IMG/VR virus record: IMGVR_UViG_3300046028_005224
Location: 1 to 64,000 of that record
Length of the DNA stretch: 64,000 nucleotides
From: a virus
Reading direction: 5' to 3' (one strand)
In this document: positions 9,683-19,262 of the stretch, piece after piece
Position numbering within the stretch: the first letter of the stretch is position 1
Layout of the letters: every line of letters begins with the position of its first letter
The notes under the pieces: generated by a model
Told to the model about the DNA's origin: nothing
The model's database searches: none
What the model saw: only the letters and a program-made list of their open reading frames with translations
Translations under genes and position numbers: made by a program

Positions 9683-10185
9683 AGCCATCAGAAATAATCA
9701 AAGATGAAGTTAAAAAAAGATTAAAAGGACAATTTCAAACTCAAGATTGGTATCGAATGAGATTGTTTGAAGAGTTAAATGTTGTTCAAAAAAATTATGA
9801 TGTTAGTGATAATCTAGATACTTTTGGTTTGGAAGTTGGTAAAGTATACTATTTTAATTACGTTGCAAAGTTTCCAAATCGTTATCCATACTATGATAGA
9901 TTTCCTTTAGCTATTATTTTAGGTATTGACACTAAGACTGGTTTGATTCTAGGCGGAAACTTTCATTATTTAAATCCATCTATTCGTGGAACATATGCAC
10001 TGAATGCATTAAAAGCAACAAACGTTTTGCCAGATAAATGTCTTCATTCATATTACCCTCAAGGTATCAATGATATTAACAGAGTTCCTGATGAAGATGT
10101 GAAAGGATGTGCTGAGTTTATAACCGAGTATTTTGTCAATAAATACAATCAACAAGTAAAAAATAGTAGAGTTTGGGCGGCATAA
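9679..10185 (+). CDS. DNA end protector-like protein (gp2-like)
   Basis: PYYDRFPL...GGNFHYLNP motif resembling T4 gp2; adjacent to gp4. Confidence 0.6.
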   Translation: MKPSEIIKDEVKKRLKGQFQTQDWYRMRLFEELNVVQKNYDVSDNLDTFGLEVGKVYYFNYVAKFPNRYPYYDRFPLAIILGIDTKTGLILGGNFHYLNPSIRGTYALNALKATNVLPDKCLHSYYPQGINDINRVPDEDVKGCAEFITEYFVNKYNQQVKNSRVWAA

Positions 10186-10188
10186 TTA

Positions 10189-11583
10189 ATGTCAGTACAA
10201 CAATCTGGTACACAACAATTTATTGTTAGAGATGCGGTAGGACAATACTATACGGTATATACTGATTCAAACACATCTGGTAAAGTTGTATCGGTCATCA
10301 ATAATTCAACAAGTGAAACTTTAACAAGACAGCAAAGTTCATCATTATTAAATAGTTTAATAATTAGTGATTCTTTAAATAAACAGTTTAGAGCTGCTGG
10401 TGGTGTTCATAAAGAATATACAAGCGCAAATAATGTTTTAGCTCCACAGGCACAGTTTGATTCGGAAAGCACTAAGCTTGATAAAGCAATTGCAAATGTT
10501 AGCGCCACAGAAAGATCTAATGGGGCTGAATTCCAAGGAAGAAATTTACAAAATATTAATTCATTAGTTGGTAAAAGTCAACCAAAAACATCTGGTGTAA
10601 TAGTGTTCCCATCAGATTTGATTGTAAAGTCTGAATCTGGAGGAGTAAAATATTCTCAAGACACCATAAGAATCAAAGCATTAAAATATGTTCCTCCGCA
10701 ACAAGATTTCTTAGAAGGTGTTTTTAATACTGGAAGTTTGTTTACTGAAGGAACAGTATCAAATAATCAAGAGTTTGATAGTTATCAGCAATTAAATGCG
10801 TTAATAAAAAATTATGATCAACGTGGAGAGGTTATCTTACCAATGCCATTGGCAGTAAGAGATGCTGTAGGTGCAGAGTGGGGAATTGATACTGTAAATG
10901 CATTAGCACTTGGTCTTTACAGTTCTATTCGGAACAAGTATGAAATGGATCCTACAGGAATGGGGACTCTCTTAAGATCTGGATTTAAACAATCTTCAAA
11001 TTTAGAAGCTTGGGCATCATTAGCATCAGCATATGGAAGTGCTGGAGATGGTGGGCAAATAAGAACTCAAGTATTAAACAATTTAACCCGCGACATTCTT
11101 GCTAGTTTAGGACCAGATTTTAAAGTTGATCCTTTAGCTGCATTAGCAAGATCAACTGGTAGTGTTGTAAATAATAATGCTGAGCTGTTGTTTAGAGGAC
11201 CTAAACTAAGATCATTTGATTGTGCTTGGAAACTTTCACCGAGAAGTGCTGAGGATTCTTTAAGAATTCGTAAAATGATTCGTTGGTTTAAAATAAATAG
11301 TTTACCTTATTTAAGTCAAACGGCAATCTTCATGGAGACACCTAATGTGTTTGCCGTTCAATATACAAAAGCAAACAATGAAAGAAATGAGGCATTACCT
11401 CAATTTAAACTCTGTGCTCTTGTAGACTTTCGTGTTGATTATGCTCCCGATGGAGTTGGTTGGGCAGCATATGAAGATGATTCTCAACCAATCACCAGTT
11501 TAATTATAGCAACTTTCCATGAACTGACTCCACTATTTGCTAATGAATACGCAAAAGTTCCAGAAGGTAGTGTAGGTTACTAA
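10189..11583 (+). CDS. gp48: Baseplate tail tube cap gp48
   Basis: VILPMP...NNNAELLFRGPKLRSF...KLSPRS...FKLCAL...VDYAPDG...FHELTP. Confidence 0.8.
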   Translation: MSVQQSGTQQFIVRDAVGQYYTVYTDSNTSGKVVSVINNSTSETLTRQQSSSLLNSLIISDSLNKQFRAAGGVHKEYTSANNVLAPQAQFDSESTKLDKAIANVSATERSNGAEFQGRNLQNINSLVGKSQPKTSGVIVFPSDLIVKSESGGVKYSQDTIRIKALKYVPPQQDFLEGVFNTGSLFTEGTVSNNQEFDSYQQLNALIKNYDQRGEVILPMPLAVRDAVGAEWGIDTVNALALGLYSSIRNKYEMDPTGMGTLLRSGFKQSSNLEAWASLASAYGSAGDGGQIRTQVLNNLTRDILASLGPDFKVDPLAALARSTGSVVNNNAELLFRGPKLRSFDCAWKLSPRSAEDSLRIRKMIRWFKINSLPYLSQTAIFMETPNVFAVQYTKANNERNEALPQFKLCALVDFRVDYAPDGVGWAAYEDDSQPITSLIIATFHELTPLFANEYAKVPEGSVGY

Positions 11584-12233
11584 TGTCTTACTTCAGATAC
11601 TTACCCAATGTATATTATCCTTCTCTTAGAAATGAGAGGACATCATCTGGTGACTATACACTGATTAAAAACATTTTTAAACGTGCCAAAATTCGTGATG
11701 ATGTAGCCAGTATCTTTACTGCATTTAATCAGTATTCAATTGTTGGAGATGAAAGACCTGATAACATAGCAGAACGAGTTTATGGTAGCGCCAAATATGA
11801 TTGGATTATCTTAGTTACAAACAACATTCAAAACATAAAAGAAGACTGGCCCCTCAGCCAAGCAGATTTAAATTTATATCTTAATCAAAAATACACTCCA
11901 GAAGAACTCGCACAGATTCATCACTACGAAACTACTGAGGTTGTCACAAGTTCTGGTGCAGTAGTCATGCCAGCAGGAGTTGTTGTAGATGCAGACTTTG
12001 TTGTTAGTTATTCTGATCAAGATACATGGAAACAAAATAATGCCTGTGTAATTTCTGTGTCAAACTTTGAATATGAACTTAGAAAAAATGAAGAGAAAAG
12101 AAATATCTATTTACTTAAGCCAGACTACATTAGTGTAATTGAAAGAGATTTAAGATCTGTACTTGCCAATGAACCTTCATCTGAATACGTGGATGCTAAA
12201 ACGTTGAAGACATTCAATCCTAGAAGAGCATAA
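11583..12233 (+). CDS. gp53: Baseplate wedge subunit gp53
   Basis: MSYFRYLPN...GDERPDNIAERVYG...DWIIL...WPLS...IHHYET...NEEKRNIYLLKP. Confidence 0.9.
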   Translation: MSYFRYLPNVYYPSLRNERTSSGDYTLIKNIFKRAKIRDDVASIFTAFNQYSIVGDERPDNIAERVYGSAKYDWIILVTNNIQNIKEDWPLSQADLNLYLNQKYTPEELAQIHHYETTEVVTSSGAVVMPAGVVVDADFVVSYSDQDTWKQNNACVISVSNFEYELRKNEEKRNIYLLKPDYISVIERDLRSVLANEPSSEYVDAKTLKTFNPRRA

Positions 12234-12262
12234 AAAAGGGGGCATAAGCCCCCAATTTTTTT
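12232..12262. terminator. Bidirectional intrinsic terminator between convergent gp53 and gp32
   Basis: AAAAAA-GGGGGC-ATAA-GCCCCC-AATTTTTTT. Confidence 0.85.
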
Positions 12263-13187
12263 AGAACTCTTCAGCGAGTCGTTGGAAGTAACTCAGAGCA
12301 TCATCATCGTCATCATCAGAAGAGGACGAAGCACTTCGACTCGGAACTCCACCAGACTTTCCCGCAGACACTTCTTCTTGAGTAGGAGCAGGGCTGCGAT
12401 AATCATCTTCATCTTCAAAAGATTCATCAACTGCAGCAGGAGCAGAAGTGGTCTTTCCAAGAACAACATTCAGACGATCCTTCAGTTGATCGTAGGATTT
12501 GAACTGATCATCTGCAACAATCTGGGCAAGAGAATACTCTTTGTTCCAAATAGCTTCCAGAGCATCATCGTCATCGAGAAGAGCAGAAGGACGAGCAAAC
12601 TCAGAGCTATCGTAGTTCCAATAGCCAGCAACCTTCTTGATCTTCAGTTTGAAGTCAGCACCTTGCCAAAAGTCAAAGGGGTTCAAGGGCTCTTCATCTT
12701 CAAACTCAGGCTTCATTGCGGCTTGGATCTTGTCAAAGATCTTCTTACCGTACTTATACAGGAACACACGACCTTCGTTTTCAGGATTAGCAGGATCCTT
12801 CACGACATAAATGTTGCTATAGTAAGAGAGCTTACGCTTACGACCACGAGCAATTTCTTTGTTGGCATCAGAACCACTGTTCCAAAGGAGGCTGTTTGCT
12901 TCGCAGATGGGGCACTTACCACCAACGCTAGTGAGGCAATTGTCAATCAACCAACCACCAGTTCCTTGGAAGGCATGGTTGTACATTTTCACCCAAGGAA
13001 TATCTTCTCCATTGGGGGCGGGAAGGAAGCGAATAACTGCATAGCCATTACCAGTTTTGTCTACTTCAGGCTTCCAAAGGCGTTCATCAGAATTGGAAGC
13101 ACTGCTATTCAGTTTTTCAACTTCTTTTTGAAGTTTGGCAGTCAAGCTGCCAAGGGAGGATTGTTTCTTAAGATTAGAAAAAGACAT
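12261..13187 (-). CDS. gp32: Single-stranded DNA-binding protein gp32
   Basis: DERLWKPEVDKTGNGYAVIRFLP...CPICE...NPFDFWQGADFKLKI...NYDSSEF, acidic tail. Confidence 0.97.
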   Translation of the reverse strand: MSFSNLKKQSSLGSLTAKLQKEVEKLNSSASNSDERLWKPEVDKTGNGYAVIRFLPAPNGEDIPWVKMYNHAFQGTGGWLIDNCLTSVGGKCPICEANSLLWNSGSDANKEIARGRKRKLSYYSNIYVVKDPANPENEGRVFLYKYGKKIFDKIQAAMKPEFEDEEPLNPFDFWQGADFKLKIKKVAGYWNYDSSEFARPSALLDDDDALEAIWNKEYSLAQIVADDQFKSYDQLKDRLNVVLGKTTSAPAAVDESFEDEDDYRSPAPTQEEVSAGKSGGVPSRSASSSSDDDDDDALSYFQRLAEEF

Positions 13188-13222
13188 CGGATAAATCGGA
13201 TAGGTTGGATGTGGTCTTTGTT

Positions 13223-13251
13223 AGTCTAACAGCGTCAGCGTTGTTTGTCAA
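13223..13251 (-). promoter_or_regulatory. sigma70-like promoter upstream of gp32
   Basis: TTGACA-N17-TAGACT. Confidence 0.6.
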
Positions 13252-13573
13252 GCGACGCTTCCATGTTGTCAATTTTGTTTTGTAGGAATTTAAAAATTTC
13301 CAACATGGTCAGGTTTGCGGGAATGCCCATTCTGACAGCCACAGATTTCATTCTGTCAATCATTGATCTGGCATCGGGATCATCGGACAAAGAAAATCTC
13401 ATGTATAAGATCTTCTGTTTTTCAAAAAGATCTTTTAATAATTGGATGTGATATTTCTTTTGTTCGTAATCATAATTTGGATATGCCAAGGTGCTCTGCA
13501 GAATTCTTTGTTGCAAAGCACCAATGGTTGCAATTTCCTCTTTGACTATTTCAGAGTCAAAGAAATCACTCAT
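13235..13573 (-). CDS. Conserved cyanophage protein (DUF1825-like)
   Basis: MSDFFDSEIV...EKQKILYMRFSLSDDP motif. Confidence 0.65.
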   Translation of the reverse strand: MSDFFDSEIVKEEIATIGALQQRILQSTLAYPNYDYEQKKYHIQLLKDLFEKQKILYMRFSLSDDPDARSMIDRMKSVAVRMGIPANLTMLEIFKFLQNKIDNMEASLDKQR

Positions 13574-13790
13574 CTTCCTTAGCAGCTTCTGCAGGGACTT
13601 CTTCTTGAGGTTGTTCTGCTGGTGCTTCAGGAAGTGTTACACCATTGCTTGTCAGGTACTCAATAATACCTTGAAGCTTAAGAGCAAGTTCTCTCTTCTC
13701 AGTCAGTTGAGTTTGAAGAGTTTGCATATCTTTCAAAAGATCAGCTTGTTGATCAACACAAGCTTTCAAATGTTGTTGTTGGTCATCCAT
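13566..13790 (-). CDS. Small coiled-coil hypothetical protein
   Basis: 74-aa ORF overlapping both neighbours; LKLQGIIEYL. Confidence 0.6.
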   Translation of the reverse strand: MDDQQQHLKACVDQQADLLKDMQTLQTQLTEKRELALKLQGIIEYLTSNGVTLPEAPAEQPQEEVPAEAAKEDE

Positions 13791-14379
13791 GGATTACTTT
13801 CTCCTTTAGAATAGATTTAAAGTTTGTCGAATCGATGTTTAAGAACGGTCGATATTTTTTGATCTTCATACTATAAAACTCCCAGATGGGATCTGTCAAT
13901 ACCTTATCATAATCCTTAACATAATTTAGAATCATATCAAGAATCACAAGTGTCTCTATGGACACCTTATTTATCATGTGTGATTTGAGGAGACTGGAGT
14001 GATTACCGACATCACATTTAAGAACATCATCAAGTTTATATCCTTCAAACAAATACGCAATGTCTTGTCTGAACTTATAAGTTAAACTTTCAGCTCTTGT
14101 TTTCCAAGCTTCATAATACTCATTGCCAGAATTAATGATTTCTCCAATCCAAAGTTTCTGAGGATTATCACATTCAATAAAACTGGCAAGAAAGTATTCT
14201 TTTATCTCTTGATCATCTTTTTGTCTCGACATCTTTTCAAAAAAATATCGATCCTTTCTTTTGTAAAATGATTCTGCGGTTGCTCTAGTTTTACCGCCGT
14301 ATTTAAAGTAATCAAAACTTGGTTTTGAAAAATGATTTTTGAATGCTAGGTATGTTTTATAGCAATCAATGGGTGTCAT
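13783..14379 (-). CDS. gp59: Helicase loader gp59
   Basis: YLAFKNHF...FDYFKYGGK...FYKRKDRYFFEK. Confidence 0.85.
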   Translation of the reverse strand: MTPIDCYKTYLAFKNHFSKPSFDYFKYGGKTRATAESFYKRKDRYFFEKMSRQKDDQEIKEYFLASFIECDNPQKLWIGEIINSGNEYYEAWKTRAESLTYKFRQDIAYLFEGYKLDDVLKCDVGNHSSLLKSHMINKVSIETLVILDMILNYVKDYDKVLTDPIWEFYSMKIKKYRPFLNIDSTNFKSILKEKVIHG

Positions 14380-14636
14380 ATAGCAAGTTTTGCTTTAGAA
14401 GAACGGCGAAGATAGTTAAGTTCCATGGCTTCACATCTAATTCTTTCTTTTAAAGGCTTAGATAAAAGCTTTGGAACATTATCAATTTCAATGTTGTGTT
14501 GTTCACAATACTGAACGATAGCCTCAATGTAATTAAGGTTTCCAGTCTGAACAAAGCTTTCAATATCACTAGAAAACTTTGATTGATTTAAGAATTTGTT
14601 TTTTAATTCTAATTGCAAATCATTTGCTACTTCCAT
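14376..14636 (-). CDS. gp33: Late transcription coactivator gp33
   Basis: NYIEAIVQYCE...LSKPLKERIRCEAMELNYL; start set at MEVAND. Confidence 0.85.
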   Translation of the reverse strand: MEVANDLQLELKNKFLNQSKFSSDIESFVQTGNLNYIEAIVQYCEQHNIEIDNVPKLLSKPLKERIRCEAMELNYLRRSSKAKLAI

Positions 14637-15297
14637 ATTCGTTAAGTTTGTCGTGTACAAATTGGTTAATATACTTCTTTAGTAATATAATATACTCCTT
14701 TTTGTCTCGTTTGTCAAACACTTTCGTTTCACCGTCAGGTGTTACCATGATTGTGATTAATTTCTTAACCACATTTTGTGTCATCTCATAATACATGCAA
14801 GCGTAAGCAACCTCTTGCACAAAATACTGTTGGATCCAGGCTTCAGGTTTGATCTTCTTTGATGTTTTGAAATCGATGATTGCAAGCTCTCCTTCATATT
14901 CAGCGATGCAATCTACTCTACCAGCGATACCAAGCACATCACTGTACAAGCATTTTTCAATAGCATGAATATTATTTATCTTATCAAGATAAGGTTTTGC
15001 TGCGTCAAACATGAATTCAATTTCTGAACTTTCATGTTCTACAATTTTATTCTCAAGGTAATCTTGTGCTGATTTATGGAAAGAAGTACCACGAGTTGTT
15101 GATTCTTTAATTACACGATCAGCTTCTTTGTCTCCAACCTTGGCTCGCCAGTCTTTAAAGACTTGACGATTGTAATGAGAAGTAATTGAAGTAATCGATG
15201 GGTATAAGTTCCCTGTAGTTGGAGACGGATAGTAACGATTACCATCCACATAAGTTGTCTCCAACTCAGCAAAATTAATATCAAGATGAGTAAACAT
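14620..15297 (-). CDS. PD-(D/E)XK exonuclease (ExoA-like)
   Basis: YPSITSI...RGTSFH...AGRVDCIAEY...IIDFKTS...YFVQ..AY. Confidence 0.85.
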   Translation of the reverse strand: MFTHLDINFAELETTYVDGNRYYPSPTTGNLYPSITSITSHYNRQVFKDWRAKVGDKEADRVIKESTTRGTSFHKSAQDYLENKIVEHESSEIEFMFDAAKPYLDKINNIHAIEKCLYSDVLGIAGRVDCIAEYEGELAIIDFKTSKKIKPEAWIQQYFVQEVAYACMYYEMTQNVVKKLITIMVTPDGETKVFDKRDKKEYIILLKKYINQFVHDKLNEYGSSK

Positions 15298-16046
15298 TAG
15301 AAACCTAGTGCCAATTTGTTAACGATGTAGGATTTAACGAGACCAGATCTGACAATATCTTCAACCCCAAATTCAATACAATCAAACTCGGGCATAGCCA
15401 TAAGAATTTTGGTGAAATCAATGATACCATTTCTTTCATTTGTCTTAATCAAATCAGATTGAGTTGCATCACCACAGAACATGATCTTACAGTTTTCACC
15501 AACACGGGTGATGATCGAATCAAGTTCATGGAAATTAAGGTTTTGACATTCATCAATTAGAAGAATGGAGTTGTCAAAAGTTGTGCCACGAATAAAGGAA
15601 GTAGACCAAAAAGAAATTGTCTCTTGTGTTTTAAGATTGCCATAGAGCATTTCAAACGAAGGATCGTCTGGCATCTCAAACATATATTTTACCATATTCT
15701 TGTATGGAATTTGGTAAAGAGAAGACTTATCTTCATGATCTCCAGGCAAGAAACCAATCTCTCGGGTTGCAACCAGCGATCTTACGATGTAAAGCTTTTC
15801 ATAAGGTGTTGAAGAATCAAGCACATCACGCAGAGCGAGATACATTGTGATAAATGTTTTACCTGTACCAGCTGCACCGTATGCAAACAGGTTTTGCCCT
15901 TTCTCATAAACATCAAAAAGTTTCTTTTGATTATCTGTGAGGGGTTCAATATCAATCAAGAAGTCATCATTAATGGGCTTCTTGCGACGAAGTTGCTTGG
16001 CGCTCATGCCAATACCAACTTGGGTGATTTGCTTTTTTCTTGCCAT
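15297..16046 (-). CDS. phoH: PhoH-like ATPase
   Basis: GAAGTGKT Walker A, IGFLPG, RGTTF, DECQN, GDATQSD, DIVRSG. Confidence 0.95.
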   Translation of the reverse strand: MARKKQITQVGIGMSAKQLRRKKPINDDFLIDIEPLTDNQKKLFDVYEKGQNLFAYGAAGTGKTFITMYLALRDVLDSSTPYEKLYIVRSLVATREIGFLPGDHEDKSSLYQIPYKNMVKYMFEMPDDPSFEMLYGNLKTQETISFWSTSFIRGTTFDNSILLIDECQNLNFHELDSIITRVGENCKIMFCGDATQSDLIKTNERNGIIDFTKILMAMPEFDCIEFGVEDIVRSGLVKSYIVNKLALGF

Positions 16047-16050
16047 GTAA

Positions 16051-16290
16051 TTACTTATAGGGTTTTACTACAGAACCAGGAACTTTAGATACGCGATGAA
16101 GGACTTCATTCCATCCACCATCAGTTTTGTTTTGGAAATCGCCAATGCCACTTACAGCACTAGCAGTTCCAGCAGACCAGTCTTTATCCCAGTCTGGATT
16201 TTCTTTTCTCCACTTATCATATTCAGCCATGGGCATGAATAGTTCTTGTTTTTCACCAGTCACTTTGTTGACTACAGGATACGTTGGCAT
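16051..16290 (-). CDS. Conserved cyanophage hypothetical protein
   Basis: MPTYPV...GWNEVL..V.KVPGS, in the typical thyX-phoH position. Confidence 0.7.
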   Translation of the reverse strand: MPTYPVVNKVTGEKQELFMPMAEYDKWRKENPDWDKDWSAGTASAVSGIGDFQNKTDGGWNEVLHRVSKVPGSVVKPYK

Positions 16291-16298
16291 AAGACCTC

Positions 16299-16994
16299 CT
16301 ATTCAATTAGAATTGCAGATTGATCATTGCAAGTCCAATCAAGTGCTTCTGCAATTGTTGGAAACTTACTCACAAATACACAACGACATTGTTCAGCAAT
16401 CAGCATATGTTCTTTCTGAGTGCCGTGTGAAGAACGTAGATTGATATAATGAATCCACGATCTCACGCTGCCTGTCATGTAAATTTTAGTTGGGGTTGCA
16501 ATAGGAAGTACAAATCTAGCGCACTCCTTTGCCACTCCGTATTCAAGAAGTTTATTATAAAGATCTTGAGATTCCTTAAAGTGCATCTCAATCATACCTT
16601 CCATATATGCTTTGTCACGAGGATTAATATCATCAATTGAATTTTGACGATTCTTGGTATCCTGACGGCGAAGATCTGGAACTTCAATGTTATCAGCTAA
16701 CAGGTTAGTGTCAGCATAACGTTGGGAAAATTCTTGAAAGGTAAAAGATCTGTGGCGGAGAATTTGAGCGGCAATACCTCTGGTGGTATTGATTTCCAGA
16801 GTCATATATGCTTGCTCAAAGATGCTCCAATGCTCATGCTTGATACAGTACTTAAGAAGTCCAGCTGCTGTATCAAAGTTAAGTTGATTATTGGGATTAC
16901 TTACACGAGCAATATAAGAGATAACTTCTTGAGCATTATTATTAACAAGTTCTCCTGCGCCTTGCGTAATTGCAATCAATTTAACATCAGTCAT
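16299..16994 (-). CDS. thyX: FAD-dependent thymidylate synthase ThyX
   Basis: HWSIFEQ, RHRSFTFQEFSQRY, KECARFVLP, HGTQKEH. Confidence 0.97.
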   Translation of the reverse strand: MTDVKLIAITQGAGELVNNNAQEVISYIARVSNPNNQLNFDTAAGLLKYCIKHEHWSIFEQAYMTLEINTTRGIAAQILRHRSFTFQEFSQRYADTNLLADNIEVPDLRRQDTKNRQNSIDDINPRDKAYMEGMIEMHFKESQDLYNKLLEYGVAKECARFVLPIATPTKIYMTGSVRSWIHYINLRSSHGTQKEHMLIAEQCRCVFVSKFPTIAEALDWTCNDQSAILIE

Positions 16995-17139
16995 CTCGTT
17001 CACCTTTCATATGCAGTAGTTTAATAGCTTGGTTTGCAAGTCGTTTAGCTTTCCGTAGATAAGCAAGCTCTTGTTCAGTGTACATCCACGGCTGCTTCAG
17101 AGCTTTCTTTGCTAGTTTTGTTGTATCCTGGAATCTCAT
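16987..17139 (-). CDS. Small basic hypothetical protein (50 aa)
   Basis: Manual: MRFQDTTKLAKKALKQPWMYTEQELAYLRKAKRLANQAIKLLHMKGERDD*; stop overlaps thyX start. Confidence 0.65.
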   Translation of the reverse strand: MRFQDTTKLAKKALKQPWMYTEQELAYLRKAKRLANQAIKLLHMKGERDD

Positions 17140-17151
17140 AGAGATAAAAAT

Positions 17152-17190
17152 AGACCCTAGTATTATAGCCTAGAGTCTTATAGAAGTCAA
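17152..17190 (-). promoter_or_regulatory. sigma70-like promoter overlapping terminator-like hairpin
   Basis: TTGACT-N17-TATAAT; stem AGACTCTAG/CTAGGGTCT followed by ATTTTT. Confidence 0.7.
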
Positions 17191-17191
17191 G

Positions 17192-18244
17192 TTATTTTTT
17201 AGGTGGCTTAGAAACCCCAGTTCCAGTGATGCCAAGTTGCTGTCTATATCTTAAAGTATTTTGCATTGCTTGCTGTCTTTCTCTATTCGTAGCAGCAATA
17301 TCTCTTTCTCTTTGTCCGCCAATGCCAGTGGCTCTAGAGAGTCTAGATAAAACATTAGTATCTCTAGATGCAACTGAAGCTCTTGCAAGATAAGTAGCTT
17401 TGCCACCACGGTATGCAAGATCCCCTACTCTACCACCAGGAAGAATTTGTGTCTTAGGAAGTTGTACGGTTTTACCACTAGTGGTAATAGTATTAGCTGC
17501 CTTATTGAATGTTGTTGGTCTTCCAGTTCCTACAATACCAGATCCTCTTGTTGCTCCATATACTCCAGCTTTTGATGCTTGTTGTCTAGATGTTTGTACA
17601 TCTTGCCTTTGCTTTCTTTGCATTCTGGCTTGATCAATTTTAGCCATTCTTGCTTTGCCGCCAAAAGGATCTTCTATCTTTTTAATTATACTTGATGCTG
17701 CAGTTTCTCCTGCAGCATAACCAGCAATACCAGCTAAAGCACTTCCAGGAACATTAATCCAAGGATTTTTAGGAAGCACTCTTGAAGCAGCAGTAGCAGC
17801 TGCAGTTGAAGCAAGAATGCCAGAACCAGCTTTACCAGTTTCCTTTGGAAGTGCAGTAGCTAATGGCTCTCCTTTTGCTTGCCTTTCTTTTGTGCCCGTG
17901 TAAATATCATATCCAGCAACACCAACATTAAGAGCACCCATTGCACCACGACCTACTTTTCCTGCAAGTCCAGAAGGTTTTGGTGCTGGTGTTGGTGGTT
18001 TGGGGGGTGGTGGAGTTGTTCCTGTTGGTGGTTTGGGGGGTGGTGGAGTACCTGCGCCACTACCCGCCCAACCAGGAGGCTTACCAGTTGATTGGTAAGT
18101 TCTCATGAATTCTTTAGCCGCTTTACTAAGATCTTCACTAGATTTAAATGAAGAAGCCTTTCCAGCAGGAGTATTTAACCAAGCTTGCCACGCTTTTTGC
18201 GCGTCTTCAACACCTTCGTTAATAAATTGACTAAAAGTTTTCAT
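17192..18244 (-). CDS. Putative internal head protein with capsid-targeting-like N-terminus
   Basis: MKTFSQFINE resembles T4 internal protein CTS; Pro/Gly/Ala-rich, basic; late-promoter-like ATAAATA upstream. Confidence 0.55.
   Translation of the reverse strand: MKTFSQFINEGVEDAQKAWQAWLNTPAGKASSFKSSEDLSKAAKEFMRTYQSTGKPPGWAGSGAGTPPPPKPPTGTTPPPPKPPTPAPKPSGLAGKVGRGAMGALNVGVAGYDIYTGTKERQAKGEPLATALPKETGKAGSGILASTAAATAASRVLPKNPWINVPGSALAGIAGYAAGETAASSIIKKIEDPFGGKARMAKIDQARMQRKQRQDVQTSRQQASKAGVYGATRGSGIVGTGRPTTFNKAANTITTSGKTVQLPKTQILPGGRVGDLAYRGGKATYLARASVASRDTNVLSRLSRATGIGGQRERDIAATNRERQQAMQNTLRYRQQLGITGTGVSKPPKK
17990..18049. repeat. 27-bp direct repeat encoding TPPPPKPPT twice
   Basis: tgttggtggtttggggggtggtggagt at 17990-18016 and 18023-18049. 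Confidence 0.85.
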
Positions 18245-18266
18245 GTATTAATATCTTTTTAGTTAT

Positions 18267-18659
18267 TTATCTACCTCTCTTCTTCGGAGGCTCTGGTTTA
18301 GTTGCACCATAAAGCTTTGGATTAATTGTGCCACTAGTCCATACCATAGACTTCAAAGCACCTGCACCAAACTTATCGTAGTATGCATCAAAGATTTTAA
18401 CTTTTGCACTGCATTGAACAATATCATAAAGAATGTTACCGTTAACTTCATAAGTTACTAGGTAAGAATCAAGAGGAAGTTGTTTTGATTCTGCTATCAA
18501 TCGATCACATTTTTCATGGAGAATTTTAACTCCCCATCTCTTAATTTCTTCTTTCTCCTGTTTTGTCCAAACAGTATCGATACTACGATCTATTTCCCCA
18601 TTCAATTGTTGGGAAGGCTTCTTTGATGACATTGTGCGTAATCCTATATTTTTTTCCAA
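18267..18659 (-). CDS. Conserved cyanophage hypothetical protein (start uncertain)
   Basis: LPLDSYLVTY...YDIV...IFDAYYD...G.INPKLY. Confidence 0.65.
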   Translation of the reverse strand: MEKNIGLRTMSSKKPSQQLNGEIDRSIDTVWTKQEKEEIKRWGVKILHEKCDRLIAESKQLPLDSYLVTYEVNGNILYDIVQCSAKVKIFDAYYDKFGAGALKSMVWTSGTINPKLYGATKPEPPKKRGR

Positions 18660-19029
18660 GATTTTTATCCTTTACTAAACATAAAACTTCAGCCTCATCT
18701 TGATGCAAAGCCTCAATCATTTGAATAAAGAGAACTTCTTTCTTACTTTGGCTCATCTCATAGTCACCACCTTCAATGAAGTGGTAAAATTTTCTATACT
18801 CACTTTGAATACGTGTGTGCTCTGTTCCAGCAGGTGCATCGTTAGCGGTATAAGGAACTTCACCTTCAGGCAAACAGCTCTTAAGTGAAGGATCAAAGTT
18901 CCAGATTAAGAGAGCCTTAAGACCAGGACTCTCATATTGTCTAAGCAAGGAAGTCTTTTCTTCCTTCGTTTTTGCGTTTGATACTTTTTGTAGAATTTCC
19001 GAAATCAACGGGTTATTAGGTAGTTTCAT
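18583..19029 (-). CDS. Conserved T4-like hypothetical protein
   Basis: LISEILQKVS...LIWNFD...LPEGEVPY...FIQMIEALH..EA..L.LVKDK. Confidence 0.75.
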   Translation of the reverse strand: MKLPNNPLISEILQKVSNAKTKEEKTSLLRQYESPGLKALLIWNFDPSLKSCLPEGEVPYTANDAPAGTEHTRIQSEYRKFYHFIEGGDYEMSQSKKEVLFIQMIEALHQDEAEVLCLVKDKNLGKKYRITHNVIKEAFPTIEWGNRS

Positions 19030-19046
19030 TTCATCTCCTTAACTAG

Positions 19047-19262
19047 TTACTCATCATCGTCATCATCATATTCTTCCATTTCATCAAAACGAAATGCAAT
19101 TACTTCGTCTGGAATTAGGGTTCCATTCTCATCAAACATTTCAGGATGGATACGCTTTTTCTTAAAGTAATCCTTTGCCACCCAACCAACAAGTCCACCA
19201 ACAATCAAAAACATTAATGAAAATAAAACGGTGAACGTTATAGAAAAAGCAATTAATTCCAT
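19047..19262 (-). CDS. Small membrane protein
   Basis: N-terminal transmembrane segment, HPEMFDENG motif, acidic tail. Confidence 0.7.
   Translation of the reverse strand: MELIAFSITFTVLFSLMFLIVGGLVGWVAKDYFKKKRIHPEMFDENGTLIPDEVIAFRFDEMEEYDDDDDE

Noticed and set aside
12282-13229. 315-aa plus-strand ORF antisense to gp32
   Set aside because: Mirror-frame shadow of a strongly codon-biased gene; implausible composition and no SD or motif
14620-15297. Cas4-like nuclease or CRISPR system
   Set aside because: Core cyanophage exonuclease without an Fe-S cysteine set; no repeat-spacer array seen in the window
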